Shown piece after piece: positions 40,437 through 55,453 of a stretch of 64,000 bases of DNA. Below the pieces are notes generated by a model that was not told where the DNA came from, searched no databases, and was given only the letters and a program-made list of their open reading frames with translations. The stretch is taken from the NCBI GenBank assembly GCA_964016885.1, contig OZ024750.1, positions 2,976,001 through 3,040,000 on the forward strand, written 5' to 3'. The position numbers were made by a program, and so were the translations under genes. The stretch comes from Eledone cirrhosa (taxonomy: Eukaryota). How positions within the stretch are numbered: the stretch's first letter is position 1; each line of letters opens with the position of its first letter.

Positions 40437-40636
40437 NNNNNNNNNNNNNNNNNNNNNNNNNNNNNNNNNNNNNNNNNNNNNNNNNNNNNNNNNNNNNNNN
40501 NNNNNNNNNNNNNNNNNNNNNNNNNNNNNNNNNNNNNNNNNNNNNNNNNNNNNNNNNNNNNNNNNNNNNNNNNNNNNNNNNNNNNNNNNNNNNNNNNNNN
40601 NNNNNNNNNNNNNNNNNNNNNNNNNNNNNNNNNNNN
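40437..40636. other. Assembly gap (200 N)
   Basis: Run of N. Confidence 1.
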
Positions 40637-41103
40637 TGTCAATATAGTAACTAAAGTTTTGGTTGAAAAACGTGAGGGGTGGGGGGAAATTTTAAGTGCA
40701 AGTCTCTCAACACATGTAGAAAGAAAAGACATGTGTCTGTGTGTTTCTGTATGTCCTAAGGAAAACCAGGCTACAACTAGTAGTTATAAAAGTATAAGTA
40801 ATATTCATGGTTAACAAAAAAACAAAAGCCAAACCCAAAAAACCCTCATGATCTGGCTCAGGTGAAATAAATAAAAGTCTAATATATTCGCTGATAATGT
40901 TTTTATAGTTTTTTTCTTCTGAAGAATGAAGTAAATAACCTTTTTTTTTTTATAAGAGTAACCATATCTATTGAAGTATATATATGTATACACATATTTA
41001 TATATGTATATATAGATATTTACATTATATATATATATATATATATACACTCAATACGAAGTAGTAAAGACATAAAGAAACACACATATATATATATATA
41101 CAT

Positions 41104-41209
<106 letters not shown>

Positions 41210-42017
41210 ACACACAAAGTAGTAAAGAAACAAACAATGTTTTTTAAAAAGAAGATATACCCTCAACCTAACATATCTTTCATGAGATAGTATAAAAGAT
41301 CACTTGTAATAGACATCCAATATATTGATGAAGAAAATATAAATATCAAAATTTCCGCTCTGCTGACTACGGTTTAGGTTCTAAACCAATGATGCGTATT
41401 TAGACTGACCCAGGATGTCAGACAGATCTTGTTGTGTTTACTTTCAAACACAATTATGTTACCGCTGATAAAATTCCATTCACTCTTCAAGTCATTTTTT
41501 TTTTATCTACAATGCTTGGAAAATGATATTACTGATTAGAAATTTGGTTCCACATAGATTGATTCCACATAGATAATCTTTAATATTCAGACTGGAGTCC
41601 AAGTTTGTGGTTCACTCAATTCTTTAAAAAACCGTTAATTCTATTTTAAACTTTATATGCTACAAAAACAAACAAGTGTTTTATCACAAGGTTGGCTAAT
41701 TCCTGCATCTTCAAGTTTCCCATCAATAGAATCATAAAGAAATAACAAAAAGTCAACTGGAAAGTAAGAATGTTAAGGAGGTCTAATAGAAACATGCTCG
41801 TACAGTAGAAAATAACCTGTTAAGTCATATATAGTTTATTGAAGACATTGCTTTTTTGATGGTGCAGTCCTGTGAAGCCACATGGCCTAATGGTTACGGT
41901 GCTCAGCGTATGATCGTAATGTCGGTTCCATTCCTACATTCTGTACTTGAGCAAAAGACACTTTATTTCACATTGCTCCAGTACACTCAGCTGAGAGCGA
42001 GTAGTGCTAACTTAAAA

Positions 42018-42375
42018 TAATAATAATAATGAAATTATTGTGTACAGTGCTCAGGTGCACTACAACTCATCAAAGGTGCATGTATAGTACATAGAATAAT
42101 GTACAAATGTCAGGGAAGTGAACAGTGTACGAGTCATGATATACATGTGTGTGTGTGTATGGAGGGAGAATATTAGGTGTAGTGTTGGCAAATCTCAGGA
42201 AACATGGAGATTTTAAAGGATGCAGTGTCTTGACAGCTAACAACTGATGCAGGTAGTTAGTTCCATGCTTCAGCAACTCTGAGTGTGAAAATTTTTTTCC
42301 AAAAGTCATGGGAGCTGTGCTGTTTTCTGACTTTGTTGGCGTGCCCACATGTGTTAGACACATGGAAATGAAAAC
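42018..42375 (-). mobile_element. CR1-group LINE 3' end
   Basis: SNTCGHANKVRKQHSSHDFWKKIFTLRVAEAWN*LPASVVSCQDTASFK resembles the TRGH..K..R..FF..RV...WN.LP..VV...FK C-terminus; (ATT)n tail. A second fragment lies at ~63095-63270. Confidence 0.8.
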
Positions 42376-43344
42376 TTGCCGTCTAACTTGATATACATGA
42401 TAAATGGAATAATTATAGGCTGTGATAAACCATATAATTAATCCATATGTTGCTAACGCCCACATAGAAAAGAAAAAACAAAAAAAAACTTCCATAAAGT
42501 GAGAGAGATGTTACATTTATAACATGAAATGCTGTTTAGGTTACAATATGATGGAAATAAGAATAATCTTACCACCACTTCATATATGTTCTAGTTTTCT
42601 TTTCATCAACTGTTTAAAATGGTTATGATGTATTCTGCTGATGGCAGAATAAACTCAAGTAGGATTTTTATAATGGAAACATTTTAAAATCTGGCTGTTA
42701 TAAATCTAGCAAACAGCAGCTAGAATCAACAAACAATAACAGAACTTTGTTTATGCAGAACTTTTTTATCTTCCAGCTTGTTGCTTATAATATTTAATCT
42801 TTGATGAAACAAGCTGCTACACTATCAAATAAACAAAGACAGACACCTAATTCTTTATAACAGTATCTTCTGCCAACAAAGACAACTGCAGTTGAACTTC
42901 AACAACTATACTACAGAAACATCTTCATATATTAGAAAAGTAAAAGATAGGCAATAAATAGAAATAATATTTTGTCCTAAAACCACACAAAGATAACGAA
43001 AATAATTTTAGTTCACGTGAAAGATTTTCAAAGTTTCATCTGAACTAAGAATAGTTATTGAAGAAATGAATTAAAATCAAACCAAAGATGCAGAAAATAA
43101 CTGTGATATTGTATTTAAAAAGAAGCTTTAAACACACACACACACTTTAAATATATAATAAATGGTGTGTAAAATACCATGTGGTTTTTTGTGCTTGTAA
43201 ACAAATTAATTAAAATGTTTTATTTTTAATTGAAACACTTCAGGATTTCAGAGTTGACACTGATTTATACAAGGTGTTAAAAGCTATAGCATTTTTTTAA
43301 AATAAAGAACGCTAGATTCTATAATTATTACATTTGAAGTGCAA

Positions 43345-43935
43345 TGGTGCATGGTAGTGAAATGTGGGCATTGGATGCGGCTGGAGAGAAACAAATCAAA
43401 CATGCTCTACTGGATGGGTAATATTAATGTGCATGAACAAAGAGGCACAGATGAGCTGAGAGAGAAACTGAGCACAAGAAGAATTAGATGTGGTGTGCAG
43501 GAGAGAATGTTGTGTTGATACAAAAACAGGTAAAGCATAAGGATGGTAACCATTGGGTGAAGAAGTGCCAGGAGTTACAAAATAGAAAGAAGCCAAAGAA
43601 GAAGAAGAAAAAGAAGACCAAGAAAGATGTAAGTAGAAGTGGTGAAAGCCGATCTCAGGATGTTGAAATTTACAAAATAAATAAGAGGAGAAAAGGAACA
43701 GTGAAGGAGAGCTGTATAGAACCTGTCTAACCATAACTATATTACTTCTATCATTTTGGGGGGTGCAGACCTTCAACATTTTCTGACAAAAATGACTAAA
43801 GTTTTCAACAATTTTTTTAGGGGGGTGTAACTGGCATGTCTGGGAGAAAAGTGGCTTCATTTCAGTACTGACTTGGTCTATGTAGACCCATCCAACCCTT
43901 GTTGGCAGGGAAAGCAAACGATGATGATGATGCCT
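43345..43935 (+). mobile_element. RTE-clade LINE 3' relic
   Basis: HGSEMWAL..RLERN...ELREKL..RRIRCGVQER..WVKKC; family-B-like 3' end with (GAT)n near 43920. Confidence 0.7.
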
Positions 43936-44461
43936 GAAGATAGCTTAAGGATGAAAGGTTCTTAGTTTAAAATAAAGGTTCTGTTAACATCTATACTAAG
44001 TAATGCATTAGACACTTATGAATTGCTAGTAATTTTTATCACGATATTCTTTAGCAAAAACTATTTACACAACAGAATAGATCTTGGCACTGCATGCTAT
44101 GAAGAATCATTTGATTGCATTTTAGGACACAAAAAATACAATTCTTCTAGAAAATGATACAACTTGGAATAGTAATCTTGTGCTCCTACTGTGACTTAAG
44201 TAATTCTAATAAATTCTTTGGCTATGAATTATCTATCAGTTTGGTCAATGTTACTTTGGTGAACAAATTCCTGGTACAGTTATATGTTTTGTTGAACTGA
44301 AAAAAAAAATCCCAGGGGAAGCATAAATAAATAAATAAATAAATAAATAGAAAAAACAAAACAAAAAAAAGAATTAATTTTCTTCTTTTGAAATAAGTCA
44401 CTAAGGTGAAGTAACTGGATAATAATGTTTGATGTATATAAAAAATAAAAAATAAAAACTG

Positions 44462-44492
<31 letters not shown>

Positions 44493-44989
44493 GTGGGGAG
44501 TTTCTAAAATACATCAATAGTTTTCTACTGGTCTAGCTTTTCTGAAATTATTCTCATTCATGTTTTCATCCAAGTTTTTCTTTTTTCTTCTTTAATTTAT
44601 ACAACATTGAATGAATGTTTTTATTTTTTGTCCAGTCTGAGTGGTCACACTGTTTCTTTAAAAATCTATCCAACCTATCACGAGTCAGGTTTTCTTCAAT
44701 CTATTTCAGAGTTTATTAATAACATCTTTGACCGACTTAACAGTTTAAGAAGTCAACAATATTCTTCATTGTTTCAACCATAATATCTTCTTGTTAGCAG
44801 CAGTTAACATTTTTAATCTCTGCTTTCCACTGGTTATTTAAAATTATCTCCCTCTTCAATGTGTTTGCCTCTAAGTGGGTACAGCGAAAATGCAGTGATG
44901 TGAAAGGATTATTAAATGATATGGCAGCTAGACTTAAATGTAATGTTGCTAAACTGTAAATGGAAAAGATGTTTAGTAGGATCTCAGAA

Positions 44990-45250
44990 ACGGTGTGAAG
45001 ATGGAAGGTGTGAAAAGGTTTTGTTACCTGGGGAGACATGCAGACATGTTAAATGGAGAAGATGGATAAGATTTGGCAGCAATGGTGGCTAGAATGAGAT
45101 GCACATGGTTCTGGGAAATAAGTGGTATGCTAATGAGGAGGTAGGTGTGAGATTTTGCTGAAAATGATGAGAACGGTGTATGCTGTATGTGCAAAGAAGT
45201 GCCATGATTTATGGGAGCGAGACATCGGCAATGGATGTGGAGCAACAGAA
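44990..45250 (+). mobile_element. RTE-clade LINE internal relic
   Basis: YLGDM..VARMR...SAMIYGSET motif, frameshifted. Confidence 0.6.
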
Positions 45251-45949
45251 AATGCTTGTTCTTGCACCCTACCTCCCCATCAAGGCCAACTCCTGCTTTA
45301 GCAAGTAAAATAACCTTAAAATGCTTGTTGCTTTCAGTTTGTTTGGTGAATTTCTTGGTATATAATAAAATAAGTTGTTTTTTTTTTTATTTAAAAAGGA
45401 CAAAACAAAAAAAATATTCTTTCCAAAAAATATTTTTACTGATTTTTTTCCTTCTTTTAGTAAAAACTAAACGTAATTGATAAATTCAAGCTTACATCTG
45501 TGTTTTTTTTTTAAAGGCATCAATACATACTTCTGAATGCCAAGTCTATTGCAGCTCATTTTAGTTGCATCCAAAAAAATACCAAACTTATAAATGAAAA
45601 TGTTTTTAGCTTTTGATTGGACAGACCTTTAATCAAAGATATTCATGACATTACCATCACACCATTCCATTTTTTTTCATCATTTAGATATAGAATGGAA
45701 GGGTACAATATGAGGAAGATTTGGTTGTTATTTCTAGCAGGTCAAGTGGTATCAGAGGCTTCCTTGATGGCTTGCTAAAATATTTGTATAATATTATTGT
45801 AGGTCAGTATATATATATATATGTCCATGTTGATGTATCGTTAATAAAAATGTTCTGTTATATAAAAACTAAAAAAAAACAAACCCCAAACTTGATATCC
45901 TTCATATATATCACAAATAAAACTGTACATGTGTGTGTTTTTGCTGCAT

Positions 45950-46060
45950 GCACACATGTGAATGAATGTGTATACGTGTGAATGAATGTGTATACGTGTG
46001 AATGAATGTGTATACATGTGAATGAAGGTGCATACATGTGAATGAAGGTGTATACATGTG
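45950..46060. repeat. 20-bp tandem repeat, ~5 copies
   Basis: gtgtatac(a/g)tgtgaatgaa(t/g). Confidence 0.9.
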
Positions 46061-48529
46061 TAACTGCCAAGGATCAAATGTGCAAAAGAATCAATCGTCA
46101 AGGCTATCAAATTATCTTCTCTGTACAAATAGGTGTCGGAATTTGGTAGCAATAAAAAATATCTTTCACTTTGCTGGAAAATCAGAATGGCTTTGTTGGG
46201 GGAAATAAAACGAGGTGTTGAAACTACTATCATGACAGATATATAGAAGCTATGGTTGAAATCAGGACTTTGATGAAGATTTCATATGTGTAGCTAATCA
46301 TTCAAGGTATGAAAGAACCAATTTATTTATGGATATGGAAACTCCCATTTGGAAGGTAATGTTGAGAAGAACTCGTGCTAAAAGTGACGTAATGCTCTAT
46401 TATTAAAAGATCAAGTCAATCATTAATGTCAGAATCTTGGTATGTTTGGTGCCAAAGTGAGAGACATTTTGTGTATAGCAATTAAACTGTGATTTGTCTA
46501 CCAGACACAAACAAATTTGGTATTTACTTTTAAAAAAAAACTTAAATACTATATACAAAACATTTACCTTTACATTATGGTGCCACAATAAAAAGCACCC
46601 ACTCCATGTTGTAAATGTGGTTGGTGTTAGGAAGAGTATCCAGCTTTAGAAACTAAACTAGAAACAGTTCTGTAGGAGCAAGACATGATCACCTGATCTG
46701 ATCTGTCTCATGAGACAACTCGTCTAACCCATGCTAGCGTGGAAAATGGATGTTAAATAGTGATGATGATGGTGATGATGATGACGATTCTAATGTAAAA
46801 CTATAAAATAGGAATTATTTAAATATAAGTACCAGATCAACCTCAGTATATAACCGGTAATAGTTTAACTGCCTCACCCCATCTCTCTTCATCATCACCA
46901 ACACCATCATCATCATCATTGTTATTTTTATATCCAGTTTCTTTTTCCAACTTGGCATGTGTTGAATAAGAATTTTGAGGCAGAATGTTATGGCTGGATT
47001 TCCTTTTTAACCCTTTGGCATTAAAAAAAAAAAAATTTTTTTTCTTTTACTTTTTCCAGCCATCCAGCTGGGGTCATGCTGGAGCACCACGGTTTTTTTT
47101 TTTAAAATTAAAGGCAAGGATTTTCGCACATCTAACAACTGAATTAAGAATATAAACAAACATCGCTGCCAAAACTTGGGAAGTTGAACAAAAAGTGAAG
47201 ACACACACACACACACACACACACACAAAGCTTGTCATAGTTTCTTGAAATCTTCAATTTCACTCCCAATTGATTATATAACCTGAAGTCACAGCAGATG
47301 ATAGTTGTGATAAGATCCAACATCATCATGAAACAATAAGTGACTCCAATAATTAAATTTGTTGAAGTGAGAAATTGTGTCTAATTTTATTTACACGGGG
47401 CCATCTCTACCAACCTTGACACGTTTCAAGGTTGGTAAATTCAAATGATAAAACCTAATTCTAAAACAACAGCGCCACTTGGCTAAATTTAATGTAATCT
47501 AGGGCCTGCAGTCGTCCCATTATTAAGTAGAAAACAACGATGCATGATATTGACTGCGAGAGAGAAATAGTAGCGAGATATTTCTTTTGTACAATCAGTA
47601 AGTTCTAATACATACTCCGTAATCACAATGTGAGAAGAAAAGTTTTAGATGAAATTACAGTAACTAAAGAGAATAAGAGAATTAGCAATTAGCATGTGTC
47701 ATTGTAAGGCAAATCAAATTTGTTGCTTTGGTTGGCTTCAAAGGAATCAGCCAAGCTCAATAAATGAAGATGTATATTATTTTTTTATTTTCTTTGTTAT
47801 AACTTGATTTATTATTATTACTATTATTATTATTATCATTATTTTTGGTTGGTAGTTTTGCTGGAGTTGTAATTCTCTGGTAGCTATCTTATATTGTAAA
47901 AATGACAAATTAGGTTTCTTAGCACAAAGAAAGGCTTTGATTGATGAGCAAGCACATGCTAACATACAAACGCAACATCGTTATTGTATCAGCTTTCAAC
48001 ATCTTTTTACTTGTATTCGTTACAGAATTCATTTGTGAGAAATAATGAAATAGATAAAAATTCGAGAAGACGCATGTCTACTGTGTCTGGTTGCTTGTTC
48101 TATTCTAGAAAACAAACTGAATCAGAGATTGGAAATAGCAATACATAGAAAAGACACATTTTCTGAAAAATGGTTGAGGAAAGGAAAATATAAAATGTTT
48201 AGTGACTCAGGAAGATTTATCAGATGGGAGATTTTGAACATAATGTTCTGGAAAGTCAAGGCTTCTATATCAGATTGGGAGTAGAAATAAATGTTTAACC
48301 ACACAAAAAATCAACGAGTGGCTGAAAATCAAAATTTTCAGTCTTGCAGAAGCAAAATTTTAAGAGACTCAAGGCAAATACAAAACAATTTTCGGCTTTT
48401 TCACTTATTCTGCCATCTAACTTTTAAGAAAAATATGCTAAGTCTATGTAAGAAATTCTATTATACACATATAACAACAAAAACAATAACCACCACCACC
48501 ACCACTACTACTACTACTAATAATAATAA

Positions 48530-48720
48530 TAATGATTTCTATTTTAGGCACAAGGCCAGTAATTTGGGGGGAGGGGAAAGTCGAAAGTTTATTTTACCGA
48601 CCCCGTAAGGATGAAAGGCAAAGCTAACCTCGACGGGATTTGAACTCAGAACGTAAAGAGTCATAAACTCTATTCTGCAAAGCTTGGTCACTGATGCTCT
48701 ACTCATACTGCCAATCAACT
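48530..48720 (-). mobile_element. SINE family A, long subfamily with internal deletion
   Basis: Core and B box present. Confidence 0.8.
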
Positions 48721-49839
48721 GCTATACTAATATGTGTTGTTAATTTAAACAACTTTCCTGAAATAAACATCACCGTAAAGTTTACCTCTCTTTCTATATC
48801 TATATAATTCAGAAAATATTTAACATGATACACATTTTTGGCTAGAGAAAATTTCATAAAAAATTATCCGGAAAGAAATATCAATGTTGTTGAACTCTCA
48901 CATAAATCTCAATCTGTTAATAGAATACTATATCCCATTTTTGTGTAATATTGAGTGGAACACATATGTCTATTCCTTGATGCAATTTCATAATGTACCA
49001 ACTTTCTACATTTTCATAATTCTTCTTTACAGAAAAATGAATACCACCCTCTTCGATTTGTTTTACCAAAATTAGTTTCTAAGAAGTATTACTGTAAGCT
49101 TAAATCTGTAAATTTAAAATTGAGAGAGAGAAAGATTACTAAATCAATATATTTTTCTTGTATCTAACAGTATTTCAAGAAGTCTTTTTTTAATGGTGGG
49201 AGGTAGATGAACTGGGTGGTACAGAACTTACTAGTTTAAAGCAGTAGGATTCATTCAGTACAATAGTTCACCATAGAAGGTAGAAGAAGAGACAAAGGAA
49301 GAATACAGTACATTGCAGTGTAAGTCGTTGCAGTAAAAGACATTTGTCAATCAGTCAAATGGAATTTTTTGCCTGTCTAAACTAGAATGTTTGTGTATAG
49401 TGTTCACACCATTCTAGATATGTAGAACTTTAATAAGATATATTTATGTCTTGTAGCGAAGATCAGTAACTGTTTGGAGCTGAAGTAGTTTCTAGCTCCA
49501 AAGAAAAGGTTTAGTCTTTGAATTTCAGTATTCATCCCCAGCGTTTAACGTCCATTTTCCACGTTTGCATGGATATCATAGGTTGTCACGTCATAAGGTA
49601 AGTCAGGTCCAAAGATCTGTATTTTGGTTTGGTTTCTATCACTGGATACCCTTCCTAACACCAACCATGTTACAGTGTGGACTGGCTGCTTTTTATCGTG
49701 GCACTGAAATGACCACTTTACAGGGAAAACTTGGTGCTTTTTGTCAGGTCACCAGCATGACCACCTTACAGTGTGGACTTAGTCTTTTTGTCTTCATATT
49801 GGCTATGTTACATGGTCACCAAGATAATTAAAGATTGTT

Positions 49840-50920
49840 AGACCTGACATGTGTAATGGTTGCTTCTGGAAAGTGGCTTTGATTAAAAGGAAGAACTAAA
49901 GAACGCAGCATGTTAATATTGTGTAGTCAATGCAAACGATAAGTTTACACAATGAAGAACGGGAACTTTGGTAAAGTGACAGAAAAGCAGGCTTATCTGT
50001 TGAGTAAAGGCCAACATAGTAGTAATAGAAAAGTTGAGACATTCGAGTGTTTGATAATCAACTTGATATCAATCAGTCAGGTGGCTTTTCTTGGGATCCA
50101 GTCTAGGATATCTGTGCATTTATAATCAACCCCACCCCAGAATTGGGAACAGCACTCTGGTGTGAGATCGACTAATTTTTGTAGAGAATTAGTATTTGTC
50201 AGAGGTTCACACCATTCTAGATATGTAGAATTTTCTTGCTCTGAATAAGTACAATTTTTGTAATGCAATTTTGGCACTGTTGTAGTGGTGCATTTGCTTG
50301 CAGAGATACTTAGGTATGGTGAGATTTGACATGTCTTGTGACCTTCAGATTTCTAGTTGCAAGCTGTTCAAGTTTAGATATGTGATGGGTGTGGTAATGT
50401 TTCCTTGACATATGTAGTAATTGTGTCTTTGTGTTGAAGTTAGAGACAAACTTGGCATGATGCAACTGGAAGATGTTTCTAAAGTCTCTATTCATTGAGG
50501 CATGTAGACATGGAATATGATGTTTAACACGTGTGGAAGGTTAAATATTGTTGAAAAGTAGTGTCATCTGTGTTGGAGTAGGTGTTAGATGTTACGGCAA
50601 ATAGGTTCTTAACATAGGAGAAAGAGGGTGGGGAAGAAAAACAAGCTGAAGGGGGTTATCAAGGTTGACAGAATATGTATTGGGAAGAACTGCATCAGCA
50701 CATGGCATGATGCTTTGATCTGACGGGAAGTTACTGATCCAAAAGATGTAAGATGGATGAAGATCCAAAGGCAGGCAGTTTGCCAAGAGATTTACATGCT
50801 TGACACAGTGTAAAGCTTTGCTGATGTTGAGAGCAACAAAATTATTTTCAAATTTCTTGAGTGTGAAAACCAACTGGTGAGTGATGTAGAAAATTAGACA
50901 TCTTCTAGATGTTGTTTTAT
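49840..50920 (-). pseudogene. Degenerate non-LTR retrotransposon reverse transcriptase (CR1/Jockey group)
   Basis: FVALNISKALHCVKHVNLLA...WISNFPSDQSI..DAVLPNTYSVN resembles VALDISKAFDRVWH..LL..WISSFLS.RS..VDG; a TDDTT remnant of YADD lies near 50560-50575. A related piece is at ~49260-49510. Confidence 0.75.
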
Positions 50921-51653
50921 GAAAGATGTGAGGGATTCAAGGAGATAGAGGAGGCTGCAATATCTGCCTATTCTAGCATTTAAAAGTCTTGGTTTTACCT
51001 TAAAAGGTTTTACTGCAGTTAAATGAAAACAGTAGATGACAAATATCTGATCTCAAACTGCGACAACCCATCCAATATATGCCAATATGGAAAGTGGACA
51101 TAAAGTGAGGCTGATTAGATTTTTTTTATTTAATACCTGCATGTATAACTTTTCAATTCCATTTAATTGCGCCAAACTGACTTCGATACGTAAAATTGTG
51201 TATGTTCCCCCACCCCCATTTCCAAATCTTAAGTACCCTGGGCTCCCCAGGGTCTAAATTTGGACTTCACTACATTAACAAATAAATTATAGCCAAGTTT
51301 ATTTCTTCTTTTTCTTTTACCGAAACTAGTATTTATTTGCTGGGAATTACACAAAACAGTTTTAACATTTTATAAATTTGATTGACAGCTCCTAGAATAT
51401 TCAACCCTTCATATATTCATTACACACCATACAAAAATGGATACAATATTTCAAGTATTATCATTTACACATTTACAAATATTAAACTAACCAAATCTCA
51501 CATTTATCCTGTTCTCGTTCATTGATATTGACTGGCATTCAAAAACAGCTGTAGCTATTCTAAGTCTATACACACATTCACACATGCATCTACACACATG
51601 CATACACACACACACACACACATATATACATACACACACACACATATAGATAT

Positions 51654-51688
<35 letters not shown>

Positions 51689-51784
51689 CCTATACATATA
51701 TATATATATGTGTGCGTGTGTGTGTACATATATATATATATATATATATACCTAAACATATATATATATGTGTCCATGTGTGTG

Positions 51785-51826
<42 letters not shown>

Positions 51827-51845
51827 GATACACACACATAATAAT

Positions 51846-52434
51846 TGTTTCTACTTTAGGCACAAGGCCAGCAATTACCCAGTACATTACTGGTACTTTA
51901 TTTTATCGACCCCGTAAGGATGAAAGGCAAAGTACCTCGGCGGGATTTGAACTCAGACAGTAAAGGGACGTAACTATGCTAGAAAGCATGGCGTCCGACC
52001 CTCTACCGATACTGCCAATCCACCGCCCTAGCATGGCGTCCGACCCTCTACCGATACTGCCATTCCACCGCCCTAGCATGGCGTCCGACCCTCTACCGAT
52101 ACTGCCATTCCACCGCCCTAGCATGGCGTCCGACCCTCTACCGATACTGCCAATCCACCGCCCTAGCATGGCGTCCGACCCTCTACCGATACTGCCATTC
52201 CACCGCCCTAGCATGGCGTCCGACCCTCTACCGATACTGCCATTCCACCGCCCTAGCATGGCGTCCGACCCTCTACCGATACTGCCAATCCACCGCCCTA
52301 GCATGGCGTCCGACCCTCTACCGATACTGCCAATCCACCGCCCTAGCATGGCGTCCGACCCTCTACCGATACTGCCATTCCACCGCCCTAGCATGGCGTC
52401 CGACCCTCTACCGATACTGACAATCCACCGCCCT
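51846..52434 (-). mobile_element. SINE family A short subfamily with 10 tandem 45-bp heads
   Basis: Array 51985-52434; 14-bp TSD acacacataataat at 51832-51845 and 52435-52448. Confidence 0.92.
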
Positions 52435-52514
52435 ACACACATAATAATGGATGGATATCCAAGATGAAAAAAAGTTAAGACATTTTATTTATCTTAGTTC
52501 ACTTGTTATTCATA

Positions 52515-53224
<710 letters not shown>

Positions 53225-53719
53225 CTTGGATTTCCATCAATGAACAAGGTGTAATGTTCAGCAATTGTTAGCAAAGTTGTGAGTTGCATCATATTCACTG
53301 CTGTCAATCAAAAGATAACATTTTTACAGAGAAAAATGAGGGGATTCAGTGATTCTAATTCAGTTGAATAAGACTGCATTCTGGAATACTAATTTATATT
53401 GGAAGTATAAACTGAATGGAAACACCTTCAGGTTCGAAAACATGCCAAAAAAATGTTTTTATATAGATATATTCAGACACACAGACACAAACATATGTGT
53501 ATGTTTACACACACATACACACACACACAGACAGACACACACAAGCATTTGTGTATGGCTATTTTACACACACAGACACACACACAGATGAAGGTGTGAG
53601 TGTTCCAATGCAGAAAATGACTTTAATAACAGTAAATTGCTATAAAAAACATGCCAGAAAAAGTTGTTATATCTATTCAGACACAGACACACAGACATTT
53701 TTAATCAGAAGAAGGGAGG

Positions 53720-53985
53720 GAGGCATAAAAGCCAAACTCATTTTCTTCAATTTGGTATTCGTGCCAACCCTTACCTAAGGGCATGGATCTTGGGTAATGA
53801 TCGAAACTATATGATTGTGAATACAAGCAGCCAAAATGGCTTCCTCCGAAGGGTCTTTGGAGTAATGTTACTTGATAGAGTGCGTAGCTTAGAGATCAGA
53901 AAATGACTCTAGGTAGAACTGGTACATCTCTGAATTGAGAGATTACAGCTCTGATATTACAGGTATGTCATTAGAATGTCATATG
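53720..53985 (+). mobile_element. RTE-clade LINE relic
   Basis: KAKLIFFNLVFVPTLT*GHGSWVM..IQAA..GFLRRVFGVMLLDRVRSLEIRK..IERLQL. Confidence 0.75.
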
Positions 53986-54079
53986 TCATAGTTCTAACAA
54001 AAGTAGTTTGACCACAGCCCACAAAAATCAGTCAGTATGTACAGGGTTGGTCATATTTAGTTTATTGATCACAAAGAAA

Positions 54080-54282
54080 CAATGATTTCTACTATAGTCA
54101 CAAGGAGAGGGGAAAGTCGATTAAATCGACCCCAATACATTACTGGTGCTTTATTTTATCAACCCTGTAAGGATGAAAGGCAAAGCTAACCTTGGCAGGA
54201 TTTGAACACAGAACATAAAGGCCTGTAACTCTGTGCTGCAAAGCATGGTGCCCGACGCTCTACCGATACTGCCAATCCACCA
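54080..54282 (-). mobile_element. SINE family A, long subfamily
   Basis: Core, B box and head present. Confidence 0.85.
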
Positions 54283-55349
54283 AATCATAATAACGACATG
54301 ACTGCAGACAGGCAGTATTTCAAAATTTAATGTAACTATATAAGCTTACATGAATTGCTTATGTATTACTTTAGGAATAATGCTTAATATCACCAGAGGT
54401 TCTTTTTATTCACATTTCTTAACAGCATGGTAGTACGCTAATTATGACCCACTCTCTCCCTATATATATAACCTTCCAGTCCATTTAGTTTTAAACTTTG
54501 ATGTATAATGCAATGAGAAAATAGGTGAACATCATATATCATTCTCCATAGTCATTCAGCCTTCACCATCTTTCTATCTGACTCAATGATGAGAAATATA
54601 AAGAATGATGTAAGAGCACAACTTGATAAAGACTTTATGTGAACATTAATTTTCTCTTCATCTCAACTGACGACTATAATTTTAGCAGCCTCACATGACT
54701 AGGGGACAGCTTCCTAAGCTATATTTTTACGCACAGAATTCTTGTTCACTGGACTACAAATTTTAACAGCTCATTAAATGCCTTCTTCAAGATAAAACCT
54801 TTGCCAAATGCTTTTCTTGGAATTATCAAACCAGACATGTAACATTTCTTGCTTCATCTCCTGCTACAAACCCAAGCCCCACCCTATCCCATACTAGATT
54901 TTTCACGATTATTTATGATAATTTCATTAGTACGAGCCCCTTTCAGTTTCTAGTGTATCGACCCCACTAAATTTTGTAGATTAATCCCTCTTGCTCTTCC
55001 TCTGCTGTCATTCATAATCGAGTGTAACTGGTATTAGGTCGTTAGGGCTACTAACCTGACATTAAGCTAACCCAAGGTTTCTATCTCATTAACTCTCCTT
55101 GAAGTATTTACAGCTTTTCTTTCTGTTCTCAATTACTTTACTTATCATCTCACTATGGATATTCAATTAATCCTTCTAAGTTTTACAAAGTTAAGCTTGT
55201 TTACTTCTGTCTATTTTATCTCTCTCTCTTTACTCAACAACTGTGTACAGAGAGATTATTCTGGGTATAGAATACTTGAAATACTCACTAAAAAGATATC
55301 TAATAAAAGCCAATTATGTTTACATATCTCACAATTATTGCATATCTCA

Positions 55350-55453
55350 CAATACCTTAACAGCAGTATGAGTGGCCAATTATAGCTGGTTTGAAAAGAA
55401 AGAGGTGAGAGAATTCTGGTCAGATACAGTCAATTTAAATGCTAAAGGGTTAA
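55350..55453 (-). mobile_element. piggyBac-type MITE fragment
   Basis: gaggtgagagaattctgg...aaatgctaaagggttaa. Confidence 0.7.

Noticed and set aside
48011-48104. Possible exon MRLLEFLSISLFLTNEFCNEY with donor AA|gtaaaa (minus strand)
   Set aside because: The donor is weak, phase 2 does not fit the next exon, and there is no homology; such patterns are expected by chance in 50 kb.
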